DNA of 64,000 bases from NCBI GenBank assembly GCA_965287045.1, contig OZ336872.1:8184001-8248000 (forward strand). Direction: 5' to 3'. The translations under genes were made by a program, and so were the position numbers. The notes under the pieces were generated by a model that had not been told where the DNA came from, searched no databases, and worked only from the letters and a program-made list of their open reading frames with translations. How positions within the stretch are numbered: the stretch's first letter is position 1; every line of letters starts with the position of its first letter. Below are positions 12,380 to 25,039 of this stretch, piece after piece. This DNA comes from Carcharhinus amblyrhynchos. Lineage: Eukaryota.

Positions 12380-12740
12380 ATTGTGTTTCCGGTTTGCGGT
12401 GCCCCGGAAGTGACGGGGAGGCGCTGCCAGTTCCGCTCGCGCTGCGTTTCCCCGGGACACAGAGAGGCCGGGCCCAGGCCCGGGACTGGGACAGAGGGAG
12501 AGGCAGGGCCGGAGGCTCCGGGACAGGCACACCGCCCGGTAAGGCCGGGGAGGGCAGCGGGAGCTCCAACCGGGGGAGGGAAGGAGCGAGACAGGGAGCG
12601 TCAGGCCCCGGGCCCCGGGACAGCCGGCTGGGTAAGGCCGGGAGCCGGGCCGGGGAGCGGCAGCACCGGGAGCCGGGCCCTGAGCACCGGGAGTCTCGAA
12701 GCCCCCGCTGGCCAGCGGGGAGAGCGACTGGCCTGAGTGT
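12380..12740 (+). promoter_or_regulatory. ARIH2: CpG-island promoter and probable first non-coding exon of ARIH2
   Basis: The only strongly GC/CpG-rich block in the window. It has ETS motifs TTCCGG (12387-12392) and CCGGAAGTGACG (12404-12415), and candidate donors CG|gtaagg (12538) and GG|gtaagg (12631). Confidence 0.8.
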
Positions 12741-12749
12741 GAAATAACC

Positions 12750-13760
12750 CAGTGACACAGAGAGAGTTAGTTACCAATAACTAGTGTTAACCAGAATAAT
12801 AAACCAGCAATACTAGCAACTGGGATTAACCAGTCCATTCTTAACTAGATTAGTGAACACCTATTGCGTTAATACCATATTATTCATAACTAGCGTTAAC
12901 TAGAATAACCAGGAGCCAAACCAGCAACCAAGGTAATACAGCGAGAAAGAAACAATACTATATACTGATGTATGTGACAATAAATCAAATCAAACTAGCA
13001 GCCAAGGTCCCAGTAACTTGTGCATTCATTGTTAACACTGCTGCTGCAAGTTATTCTAGTTAATACGTGGTTAAAATATCATTGATAACCAGCATTAATC
13101 ACAATAACCGAGCCCCAGGAACATTGGTGACTAGGATTATCCACATCAGTAATGTTATTAGCTGAAATAGGCGCCATCGTTGTTAAACACTGATACTATA
13201 ACCAGCATTAACTAGAGTAGCAAGCAACCAAAGTAATAAGTGGTTCTAGCTTTAACCTGACCAGTGAGTTGTGCATTCAGTGTTAACGCTGCTATTTCGA
13301 GTTACTCTAGTTAACGATCAGCATTAACTACAATAACTGATTCCCAGGAACGTTTGTAACCCAGATTAAGCACATCAGTAATGTTATTAACTCAAATACG
13401 CCTCATTGTTAACTGATACAATAACCAGCATTAACTAGTAGCGTGATAATTGCAGTAGTAGTAGTTGTTATTCAGAGTAACGTCAGTGGGTGAAAGATGG
13501 CAATATTAAATAGAGGATTGCTATTAACCAGCAGTATTAACTAGAATAACAAGCAGCACTGATGCCTGTTAGTGTGTTAAAGAATTCGAGTTGTACTAGT
13601 ATTCAGTTGTGCTTATACTTGTCATAAACAGATGACGGTTGATGCATCCAATAGTTGGTGGGCAGAATACCACAAATACCCACAATATCTGCAGCATCAA
13701 TGATATAAGCAGCAGTAATACCACCAAACATTGTCAGGAAGCATTCATGATGGCAATATC
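12750..13760. repeat. Degenerate AT-rich repeat (TAACCAGCATTAACTAG-like) with a diverged ~250-bp tandem duplication
   Basis: 13019-13220 aligns with 13269-13441 by eye; taaccagcattaactag recurs several times. Confidence 0.65.
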
Positions 13761-14429
13761 GAAAGCATTAATTAATGTAACTCTGCATCATCTCAGCTGG
13801 GTGACGGAAAGTGCTTTGTTGCAAGAAAAGCTGCTTTCACTGTCACTGGTTTCTTGTGTGTTGCCCAACAATGTGATGTTTTAATGTCTACTGTACTATT
13901 ACGTCAGTGCAGTAAGTAAGTAGACAGCAGATTTGTCATTTGACGATGTTTTAGGGGGATTTCCGCACTAACTTCATTGCAGTGTGAATGTAAGCTGACT
14001 AGTGACAAATAAACGTTAAATGTTACACAGAGCATCTGAAAAGTGGCCAGATGGCTTAACATTTGCAGATGGATCCTTGATTGGTGGTGATGGGCTATGC
14101 TTTGTAAGAATTTTGCTTCAGTATCTGATTTCGATTCCTGTTTTATCATTGGCTGATTTCCAAGCTAATTCTTGAATGCAGTATGACACGGTTAGTTTGT
14201 GAAGAATGTAAGCCTGTGTTGAGAAATTGTTTTTGTCCCATCCTTCCCGCTTTTTTTCTTCACTACCCCACTGAAAGTTTCCCTGGTCACTGGGATACAT
14301 TACCACTGATTCAGATGGTCAGACCAAACGGCTGCCATTTGTGTGTGGTGGGCTTGACACTGCACAGCAGCATTGCAGCTCCATTATTGCTATTACAGTT
14401 TTCCCAGCCAGACTGTAATATTTATTCCA

Positions 14430-14790
14430 TACCGTGCAGGAGGTGGCAATTTGGCCCATCAAGACTCTCTCTGCATTGACTCTCTCTGACAAAGTGCCCT
14501 ACTTGGGTGCTTTTACCACCCTATCCCTGTAACCCTACATATTTACCATGGCTAATCTAACCTAAACGTCTTTGAGTACTAAGGGGCAAATTGCATGGCT
14601 AATCCACCTAACCTACGTATCTTTGGACTGTGGGGAGGTGAGCTGGAGCAGCTGGAGGAAACCCACGCAGACATGGGGAGAATGTGCAAACTCCACACAC
14701 AGTGACCCAAGGTTGGAATCGAACCTGAATCCCTGGTGCTGTGAGACAGCAGTGCTAACCATTGTGCCAATGTGCTGCCCCACTGTGCCA
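14430..14790 (-). mobile_element. HE1-type V-SINE
   Basis: Reverse-complement V-domain. Confidence 0.85.
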
Positions 14791-16184
14791 CTCCACTTTC
14801 TTCCCCTCCTGCCTTCTAAAGGTTAATTGCTGATATCAGATAATTCACTACATGCTCGACAGCAAATGACTACAAGCTTCGGAAGATATTGTTGCCAAGG
14901 TTGAATTGACTGGGTGGGGTGTTCTTAAGAGACATGACACATCAACAGAGTGTTTGGCAATGGAGTTTGTAGCAAGTTAGAGAACAACATGACCATACGG
15001 GAATTTAAACACGTAGATAAGAATTTTAAATGAGAAGCATTGGATAACTTGGGCTGAATGTAGGTGAATGAAATGAGGATGATGGGAGGGAGGAATGGCT
15101 GCAGAGATTGAGTGAATTGAAGATTATCAAGGTTGTGAGACTGGCTGGGGGGTCATTGGACCCTTGAGATGGCAGGCATTGAGGGGGTGAGAGAGAGAAA
15201 ATACTGAGATTTAGCTTTATGACTGAAAAAGAAATTTGGAATCTTGTGCAGTTTTCCAGGATAATCCAGTTTCAGAATGGTCCTGATCCTTTTGGGATGT
15301 CCTGATGTTGTAAAAGGCACTATATAAATGGCTATTGGTCTTTAAATTTGGGGTTGTCTGTGGCTAGAGTAATACTGCTGAAATATCAGGAAATGTGACA
15401 CAAACTTGTGGCTTTTTTTTCACAAGAAAGCAGAAGACTCAAGTATTTCTCTGCTGTGAAACAGTCAGACCAGAGTTTCATACGGCCTGAATGTGATTTT
15501 TCCACTCTTGTATTCTGCTGAGAGCTTTTGTAGTTCTTTTCTGTTGGTTCTGTTGATTGTTGGTGTGATTAACTGAATGTTGAGTTAAATACAAACATCT
15601 AATTTTTAATTTGTGGTTGTTTCAGCATCTAGTTGTTCATCCTGTGTGCAATTCTTGAATGTTACCATTGCTCTCATTTCAGTTTTCATTGTTCTGTACA
15701 TTGTACATTATTTGGGCGTTATTGATAGCCGTGTCACCAACATCAAACAAGCAGTTGTTTTTCCACCCTGTAGTGTACAACTGTCGGGTGCTAGCTGAGA
15801 GTCTAGTTTCACCTGAGATGCTGAGAACCAGTAATTGATGTGGTTCGTTAGATTTTCTTCAGGGTATGGGTGCCACTGCAATCGTGGACAGACATGCAGG
15901 ATTGGCCTTTGGTTTATTTTTTTTGAGTATTTTGATCTGTGACCTGACTTGAAATCTGAGCATCACAAGGATCAGGATTTCTGTCGATGTTTTGAGGTGT
16001 TTGATTAATTACGTGATATGGTGTATTTTGCCTACTTCAGGTTTTATGAATGCATGGTTGTTCGAGTGTTGAGTCGTCTGGTGTGTCTGTTGATTATGCT
16101 TTCAAAGTATTGGAATTTGACCAAACCATGATCTTGGTCCCTGATAGACCTTTGAATAAGATTTCATCTGTTTCATTAAAGAAT

Positions 16185-16512
16185 TGGGCAGCATGATGAC
16201 AGTGGTTAGCACTGCTGCTTCTCAGCTCCAGGGACCTGAGTTTAATTCCCGGCTTGGGTTACTGTCTGTCTGGAGTTTGCACATTCTCCTTGTGTCTGCG
16301 TGGGTTTCCCCCGGGGGCTCTGGTTTCCTCCCACACTCCAAAGATATGCGCATCAAGTTGATTGGTCATGCTAAATTGCCTCTTGGTGTCCTGGGATGTA
16401 TAGGTTAGAAGGATTATGCAGGGTAAATATGTGGGGTGATGGAGATAGGGCCTGGGTGGATTGTTGCTGGTGCAGAAGGAGGCCATTCGGTCTTCTGTAG
16501 GATTTCTATGAA
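16185..16512 (+). mobile_element. HE1-type V-SINE
   Basis: Head, V-domain and tail present. Confidence 0.87.
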
Positions 16513-17564
16513 TTAGAGGAGATTGATGCAGAAATTCAGCTTGGGTGTAAGCTATTTTGTGCTTTTAACATATAAGAACATAGGAGTTGGAACTAAGAGT
16601 AGAGCATTCTAAAAGCGAGAAGGCTGACTGGTGACCTTTTAGAGCTGGTCTTGATATTATGCAAGGGATTTGATAGGGTAGTCGTGGAGATGTTCCAACT
16701 TCGAGGGAAGACCAAAACTCTGAGCTATAAATGTAAGAAAGTCACTGATTAATCCAGCAGGGAACCTGGGGAAAGATCTTCACCTAGAGTATGTAGTTGG
16801 CAGAGATCAGTTGTTCAGACAAATAGCTTGGATATGTTTTAGGGGAAGCTAAGTCTGAGCGAGAAGAATAAAATGTAAGGCTGACCGAATGACTTGGAGA
16901 GGTGTTGAGGAGCTAGTTTGGAACACAGCTGTGGACTGGAGTTATACTTGCTACATACTCAACTGCAGGTGGTCTTCCCTCTGTCTAGGTGCTATATTCT
17001 CAGCACTTGTAGAGATGTTGCTTTCTGTTCAGCTGTTGTGAGATGGTGTCAGCTTTGGGTCAACTTGTGTGTCTCACTTTCCTCTTTCTGTTAAAGGATA
17101 AGTGCTTCTCTTCTATCTGGTATGTTCCCACAAAGGGTTTGGAACTGACCATGCTGGGAAAGGCAATGTAATCTCGCTTCTGGCCATATTCATATGAAAT
17201 ATTTAGCATTTTTATTTTTCTTAATGCTGCATTATCCAATAGAATCATGTAGCTTTATCTATTTTTAACTAGTTTTAATTGTGCATTTGGAGTTCTTTAG
17301 TTAAGCTGGCATTAGGCAAGTTTGACCCTTGGTCTCAACAATTGTTAGATACCAGCCAGGGCAGCAGTACATTTGGCCTCAATTTTGGGCCTGGGATGGG
17401 GGAAACCATGGTTCTGATTGTGGTCCAATGATCCATGGTGGCAAGCACCATTTGTGACATGGACATCCAGAGAAGATTTGATTTTAATGTACCTTCAGAA
17501 TAAAGTGATCTGGCAGCTCTTGCTGTTCAGATCTCCAAGTTAAGTATGGTCATTCAAACACAGT

Positions 17565-17950
17565 GGCAGCCATGGTTTAGTCAGTAACACTCAGCCCGAG
17601 TGAGTCAGCAGGTTGTGGGTTCAAGTCCCGCTCCAGTATCTGAGTACAAAATTTAGGCTGTCATTTCAATGTAGTACTGACAGAGTGCTGCATTGTTGGA
17701 GGTATCATTCTATCTTTGAACCAAGGTCCTGATTTTCTCTTGGGTGAGTGCACAAAATTCCACAGTATCAGTTTGAATGGGAGTAGCAGAGTTCTCCATG
17801 CTGTCCTAGGCCAATCATTATCCCTTGAGCTACATTGCTAAAACAGATTCATCACTTTCATTTTGTTGCTTGTGAAGGCTTGCTGTGTGCAAACTGGTTG
17901 CTGTACCCCTAGTCACTTCAAAAATACTGTGAAAGATGTTACAGAAATAT
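17565..17950 (+). mobile_element. DeuSINE (SacSINE1/AmnSINE-like), old
   Basis: B box ggttcaagtcc, Deu-like core gtagtactgacagagtgctgcattgttggagg, tail gcttgctgtgtgcaaactggttgc; related minus copies at ~100-440, ~25690-25960 and ~58340-58550. Confidence 0.65.
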
Positions 17951-18856
17951 GAAAAATTCTTTCCCATCAACAGCAAATGGCTACCATCTGGCCTGCATCA
18001 TTCGGCCTGTACCAGCATGAATCAGTGACTTGAGAGGAGGCTATAAATTTTGCCAGAAAAAATTGATTGGAACTTTAAAATGAAGTTAGTTTATTAGTCA
18101 CTAGTCAGGCTTGCATTAACACTGCAATGAAGCTGCTGTGAAATTCCCCTAGTCACCACACTCTGGTGCCTGTTCGGGTCAGTGCACCTAACCATGTCTT
18201 TCACTCTGTGGGAAGAAGCCAGAGCACCCGGAGCTTAAAATAAACCCAAGGGAGAGGGGAATACGGCATATTCCAAGTTCTGTCCTAGCTTTGATTGGAT
18301 TCTAGTTGAAGCTTAAATAGAGATAAAGGCTGCATTTGAGTTGAATTCTTCATCTCTGCAGCCTTTGCTGTTTGGGGACTGTTGCTATCACTTAAAAAAA
18401 ATAGGTTATGTCAAAGGCCTAAGTAATTTTTACTCCTTGTTGCATAGAGATACAGAACTTCTTGTTATCAAAACAATTCATCAGTGGATGAATGAGTGAA
18501 CAAATGAATTTGTGTTGTAATGTTGGAAGGTGGACATATTTATGAGAGTAGCCCCTGACTTGGGGCTGGGTTATAGTTTAACGAGAAAGACAGTAAACTG
18601 TGATGGTACAAGTATTTTTTAATAATTCCAGGGATACATATCAAACTAATGTTTACCTGCTAGTAATTTGTTAATTCCTCCACATATTTCAAGATAAAGT
18701 AGGTGTGAATGTATTAAATAATGCAAGGTTAAATGACACCTATAAATACAATTTTAATTTTTGATTAGTCAACAATTAACATTCTGTCCCATCCTGCATA
18801 TTCCTTTACTATGCTTTAATTTTGTGCCACTGTTATTCTTCCTTTTTCCCCCCCAG

Positions 18857-18925
18857 AGATTAATTCTGATTTGTGACTCACATCCTCTATGTTAGCAAAG
18901 CAGCATCCTTTGAACAGGAGCCCCA
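18857..18925 (+). other. ARIH2: Probable second 5'UTR exon of ARIH2 (69 nt)
   Basis: Long polypyrimidine tract ttattcttcctttttcccccccag| and donor CCA|gtaagt in non-repeat sequence. As I recall, mammalian ARIH2 has a similarly short non-coding exon 2. Confidence 0.6.
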
Positions 18926-19719
18926 GTAAGTGACCATTCACCAGCTGTTCAACTGGATGAGCATTACAATTGAGACAGGTCCTGCACCCCCACACAAGCA
19001 CTTTTGACTGGGTGACGACCAGGAAGAAGACCCCAGCCAACTTTTTTTTCTAAATCTAGCACCCAGGAGCAGACCCCTGTCAATGGCCTGGTTTAGTTCA
19101 GTTATGGATTAAACTGGAGACCATGCTAATCCATATAAAAGAAAACTACAGCACAGGAACAGGCCCTTAAGCCTCCCAAGCCCGTGTCGATCACAATGCC
19201 CTAACTAAACTACAAAAAAAACCTTCTGCCGTTACTCAGCCCATACCCCTCTCTTCCTCCCTATTTGTGTACCCATCCAGATGCCTGTTTAATGTTGCTA
19301 ATGTTCCTCCTTCCATCATCTCCTCTGGCAGCAGTGCTTCACTGAAATGTCTTCACAGAGAGACAAGAATTATAAATATATGGTTCAGTTGTCAATTGAA
19401 TTAAGCTCCTCAAAGCATATTTTCTGTCTGTGCCATCAATACCATGTTGAATGTGTTTGCTATACTTCAGTACTTGACACCAAGGCAGGAAAGAAGACAT
19501 GGATCTTGCACGTGGACCTAAGCAATGAAAGTGGAGATGGTTTGAGTGGTCATTCCTACCACATTTTATGCTTCTTCTTTTGATACCTGAGTTCAAAGTA
19601 TGAGGACATATTTATGAGAAAGTATTACCGTTGCCTACCATTTTACTAATTAGGTTCACTCTGATGTTTATGCTGCATGCAGATCTCTTCCCACCCTCTT
19701 CCTTCGCTCCCATCAACAT

Positions 19720-20022
19720 GTCATAGAGTTCCTACATTGCGGAAAGAGGCCATTTGGCCCATCAAATCTACGTCAACCCTTCAACAGAGCATCTTATCCA
19801 GGCCCACCCCATCCCTGTTAATCCTGCTAACATATGTTGGGACTAATGGGCAACTTAGCATGGCCAATCCATGTAACTTGCACATCCTCAGACTGTGGGA
19901 GGAATCCGGAGCATCTGGAGGAACCCAAGCGCATATGGGAAACCATGCAAACCCCACACAGATGGCCACTTAAGGCTGGAACTCAACCAGGGTCCCTAGT
20001 GTTGTAAGACAGCAGTGCTAAG
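19720..20022 (-). mobile_element. HE1-type V-SINE
   Basis: Diverged reverse-complement copy. Confidence 0.8.
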
Positions 20023-20851
20023 CAAATGACCTTCTATTCCATTTTCCCTCATGCTTATGTAGCTTGCCCTAAAATGTATCTGTGCTATGCACCTCAACAT
20101 CTCGTGGCAATGAATTCTGCATTCTAACCACTCTGGGTGAAGAAGTTTCACCTGAATTCTGATTGGATTTCTTGGGGATTTTCTTGTATTATGACCCCTG
20201 GCCCTGATCTTATCCATCCTCTACATTTACACTGACAAACCCTTTCAGAATCTTAAAGGGCACTATTCAGCCTATCATTCTCTCAAGAAAAGCAGCAGAC
20301 TGTTAATCCTTTCTCTTAAACTTGGGCTACTACGTCATTTGTCGTCAAATTATATGATTGTTGCGGTGGCCTTTTCCCTTCAGAGATCAGAATGCTGATT
20401 CAACCGTGGCCAGTTGGATGGAAGTCTCTTCGTTATATAAAGGGCCTGTGTGAAATTAGGCTTTCTCTAGCAGATATTGAGCCACAGCACTAAAGCAAAG
20501 AGACTTTGGCACCAAGTTTCTAGTCTCACTCATCATGGGATGATTCTTAAGGGGTGGGGGTAGTGTTGCAGTGCAGGGAAATATCACCTGAGTGTAGTGT
20601 GCTTTTGAGGTGGAGTAGAGATGGACAGTTTCGAGGGCAGTGATACTCTACATTTAACCACCTAAGGATGTCTCATTTGTGAGTGCAACAACGTAGAAGA
20701 GAGGGCAAATAAATCAAGCAAACTTGAATAGGTCCAGCAAACAACTTCATTTCAACTCACAGAAAATTGCAAATGGTGCATGTTGTGGGGAGACGGTTGT
20801 GACTAAAAAACTGAATTTTGAGCCATTTTTGCATTTGAATGAAGTGGGTGC

Positions 20852-21057
20852 TAAGAACATAAGAAATAGGAGCAGGAGTAGGCCTTCGAGCCTGCCCCGC
20901 CATTCAACAAGATCATGGCTGATCTGAAGTGGCTCAGTTCCACTTTCCCGCTTTCTCCCCATAACCCTTAATCCCCTTGCCTACCAAAAACCTATCTACC
21001 CGAGTCTTAAGTATATTTAGCGAGGAAGCCTCAACCACTTCAACGGGCAGAGAATTT
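20852..21057 (-). mobile_element. Short 3' fragment of the same CR1 family
   Basis: taagaacataagaaataggagcaggagtaggcc... matches 9045-9260 with a small internal deletion. Confidence 0.9.
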
Positions 21058-21399
21058 TGACAGTGTCCTTGACGCTGGAGTATTTCCAGAATTTTGGTGC
21101 CATGCCAAAGTTGTTGCCACAGTAAAGCCAGAAAAACCAGCCCTGGAGCTGAAAAGCTGTCTATGGTCTAGAAAGGGTTGAGTGGCTTGTTCCTATTCAA
21201 ATAAAACTGGTTTTAGAAGCTACTCTGTCAAACAAGCAAATTTATGTGAGTAAATTTAAGGAGGAGTTAGATTTTTAATTGGTAATGGGTTGAAAGGTTA
21301 TGGGGAGAAGGCAGGAAAATGGGGATGAACATATCAGCCATGATCGAACGGTGGAGCGGACTTGATAGGTCGAATGGCCTGTTTCTCCTATATCTTACG

Positions 21400-22495
21400 A
21401 ACTTTTGACTTCAGCGAAGAAGCTTCTCTGATCACTATGCTCCTTAGATTCACCAAACATTGCGACAGGTTCAAGAAGCATCTGCAGTCTGGAACTGTCT
21501 TTATAGACTTGCCATTGACATAGACCAATATCTGATGCAAAGCCCTGACATTAGAGCTTTTAGCAGTCATTCTGCGCCCCAAAACATTTATGCTTCCTGA
21601 TGCCTTAACCAGTGATCGAGAGTTCTGAGTTTACCTTCGTGCTGGGACCTGCAGAACATGGATCTCAACAATGGTTTGCCATAGCATTGGTCTTTTTTTG
21701 ATGTCTCAACGCCAGGGCAGATGTATCCTGCATAAAATCCCAGAGGTTCATGTATACAGATGACCACTGCTGAGGAACTATGTAGTAGAGTGCTGACCTG
21801 TGACTTGACCCTCCTAGGACTTGTTATGCCTCTGCCCTGATCCAGAAAAGACAACTGTTCCATCTAAACAATAATGTTGCTAATGCAGAACTCCATAGAA
21901 AGTGACTTGCTCATGACTCCCATCCAGAATACCCTTCTGTCATCCTGGCCAAGAATCTCACTGGCTTTATGGCTGGCATTAATGAGGTAAAAACCACAAT
22001 GAACCTGGCCCAGAAGCTCTCAGGAACATCAGGGGAAACAAAGTTCATGACACCTTGTACTGCAGTGGTGGCCCTGGTTTACGAACAAAGAACAACCCAG
22101 CACGGGAAACAGGCCCTTCGGCCCAACAAGCCCACGCCGCCACATCTTCCTACACCTACTCTGCTGCTGAATACTGTTCTGCTTCCTAGTCTTGGAGCTG
22201 CCACAAGAGGTGATGGACATATAGCAAATAGCAGATGTGGGGACAGTGTCAGGGATGTTTAAGTCCATTCCAGCTGTAACTCCCTGTAGAGTCCCACGTC
22301 TCTCCACCTGCCAGTGCCATCACACTTGGTGAAATGTAACAAGGCATGAACATTCATGACTTGAAAAATCCACCAAAAAAAACTTGAAATAGCACCAGTC
22401 ATTCTGGAAAAAAGCAACTGATAGAAGCCAGCTGTTCAGATGGATGGACTCTTGAGTACATGAATAAAGAACCAGCACTGTATCATTGACTGAAC
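21400..22495 (-). mobile_element. Highly decayed non-LTR (RTE-like) fragment
   Basis: VYVNGKSIKTV..FLNL resembles the post-YADD RT segment; many stops. Confidence 0.4.
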
Positions 22496-22496
22496 G

Positions 22497-23575
22497 ATGT
22501 GGAGATGCCAGCATTGAACTGGGGTAAACACAGTAAGAAGTCTTACCACACCAGGTTAAAGTCCAACAAGTTTATTTGATAGTAGAACGTAGAACGTAGA
22601 ACACTACAGCACAAACAGACCCTTCGGCCCACAAGTTGCGCCGATCATATCCCTACCTACCAGGCCTATCTATAACCCTCAATCCCATTAAATCTCATGT
22701 ACTCATCCAGAAGTCTTTTAAAAGACCCCAGCGAGTTCGCCTCCACCCCCACCGACGGCAGCCGATTCCTCTCACTCACCACCCTCTGAGTGAAAAACTT
22801 ACCCCTGACATCTCCTCTGTACCTGCTCCCCAGCACCTTAAACCTGTGTCCTCTCGTAGCGACCATTTCAGCCCTGGGAAATAGCCTCTGAGAATCCACC
22901 CTATCTATTCCTCTCAACATTTTATAAACCTCTATCAGGTCACCTCTCAACCTTCGTCTCTCCAGGGAGAAGAGTCCCAGCTCCCTCAACCTATCTTCAT
23001 AAGGCATGCCTCCCAATCCAGGCAACATCCTTGTAAATCTCCTCTGCACCCTCTCAATAGCTTCCACATCCTTCCTGTAGTGAGGCGATCAGAACTGCGC
23101 ACAGTACTCCAAGTGGGGTCTGACAAGGGTCTTATAAAGTTGCAGCATTATCTCTCGACTCCTAAACTCAATCCCTCGATTAATGAAGGCCAGTACACCA
23201 TACACCTTCTTGACCACCTCCTCCACCTGCGAGGCCGATTTAAGAGTCCTATGGACCCAGACCCCTAGATCCTTCTGCTCTTCAACACAGCTAAGACTCC
23301 TACCCTTGATATTGTACTCCTTCATCCTGTTGGTCCTGCCAAAATGGATCACTACACATTTACCTGCGTTGAAGTCCATCTGCCACTTCTCCGCCCCATC
23401 TTGCATCCTATCTATGTCACGCTGCAACTTCTGACGTCCGTTCTCTCTCAGTAACCCACAGGCTTTCGGAATGCTGTTCCTTTGTCAGGTGAGTGGAAAG
23501 TTCTCCTTCGTCAGGTGTGTGGAAAGCTTGTGGGTTTACTATCATATAAACTTGTTGGACTTTAACCTGTCGTTG
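22497..23575. mobile_element. Palindromic/foldback non-autonomous element, probably Penelope-derived, interrupted by a CR1
   Basis: Inverted arms caggttaaagtccaacaagtttat / ataaacttgttggactttaacctg; related pieces at 10484-10596 and 63955-64000. Confidence 0.7.
22584..23449 (-). mobile_element. CR1 LINE (different subfamily), 5'-truncated, nested in a foldback element
   Basis: RT C-terminal peptides ([25 protein letters not shown]) split by an in-frame stop; (GTTCTAC)n tail. Confidence 0.93.
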
Positions 23576-24551
23576 CCTGAACAGCAGGGGTTCCTAGTTT
23601 TAATCTCATTTGAAGACGGACAATGCTCAAGTTGAATCTTCATGGAGGGGATTGATGTAGCCATTTTGTTAGTGGAAGGCAACGGTCACCCTGAAGTGTG
23701 ATTGTTGCCATGAGGCGCAGAGCGTGGAGCGCATCGCATCACTCTGAGGCACCTCACTTCTCCAACACCTCATTGGCATCTCTGGAGGCCATTGTGTGGA
23801 TAACCAATTTGCCCATCCTATTGTAGGTTATTCCCATCATGTGAAAATAGCAGTTGCACTGCTGCCCCAGTCCTTGGCTTGCATTAAAAAAAAGTGTCAT
23901 CTTCATGTTTTCCTGTAAGGCAAGGTGAAGATAGTTTTTTTTTGTTTGTTCCTAGCAAGGCCAGCATTGGTTACTCATAGCTAATTGTCTCCAAGGTTGT
24001 TTTATTAATTCATAGCGTATGGGTATTGCTGGCAAGGCATGTACTGCCCATCCCTAATTGCCCTTGAAGTCATGAGTTAACCAAATATTTGTGGATTTGG
24101 AGTTACGTATAGGCCAGACTAGGTAAGGATGACAGATTTCCTTCCTTAAGGGCCATTCGTGAGCCACATGGGTTTTTACAACAATCGACAATGGTTTCAT
24201 TTGTCATCATTTGTCCTTTAATTCCTGATGGCAGGATTTGAACCTGGAACCTCAGAGCATTACCCTGGTGTCTGGATTACGAGTCCAGTGACTGTGTCAC
24301 TTCCTTCCCCCATAGCTAGTGGAAGCTGTTGTCTTGAACCCTCCATCCGTGTGGTATAAGTGCACCCACAGTGCTGCTAGGAAGGGAATTCCAGGAATTT
24401 GATTCAACATCAGTGAAGAAATGGAGATGTAGTTCCAAATCAGGATTGTGTGCGGCTTGGAGGTGGTGATGTGCCTGTTTGTCTGCTGCAGATGCTCTTT
24501 CCAGACCCAGTTCTCAAGTTAGTGTTACATATATTCTCAGAGCTCCAAATT

Positions 24552-24994
24552 ATTCAACAATTGGATTGACGGCCTCGAGGCTGAGGAAAAGGTGACGAAA
24601 ATCAAATTAATATCAGTATGTTTATAGAAATCCCAGTAGAGGAAGAAAGCTCACCAGTGCAGAGGAGCATAAATTTCACATAGGCATCATTAATCTATGC
24701 AGAAATGCTGTCACAACCTGTCACTGTCTTGCATGCTCAGCTAAATATAATGTAATTAATTGTTGTTTGATTTTGCAAGTGCCTTTCTTTCTAGAGTTTC
24801 CCCATACTGATTCTTAGACTAAAATAAGTTGTAAAATTTAATCCAAATGATTTTGGGATGTTCAACCAAAATCTGATCTTTGTTTTGATGCTGTTTTATA
24901 TGAAGGTAGTCAGTGGTGATCAGGAACAGAATGTCCAGCCAATTTTTTTGTCACCTTTTCCTCAGCCTCAAGGCCATCAATCGAATTATTGAAT
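24552..24994. repeat. 50-bp inverted repeat arms around a ~340-bp spacer (MITE-like)
   Basis: 24552-24601 vs the reverse complement of 24945-24994, about 5-6 mismatches. Confidence 0.75.
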
Positions 24995-25039
24995 TCGAAC
25001 CTGCTGTGCCAGGAGATCAATTTACTGAAGATATGGGTG

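Noticed and set aside
11197-12532. Long repetitive ORFs (149-216 aa) on both strands, and a CRISPR-like look of the array
   Set aside because: These are by-products of a stop-free 30-bp unit. There are no unique spacers, no cas genes, and the context is eukaryotic.
12268-12758. Gly/Pro/Arg-rich ORFs
   Set aside because: GC-rich CpG-island artefact with no recognisable domain.
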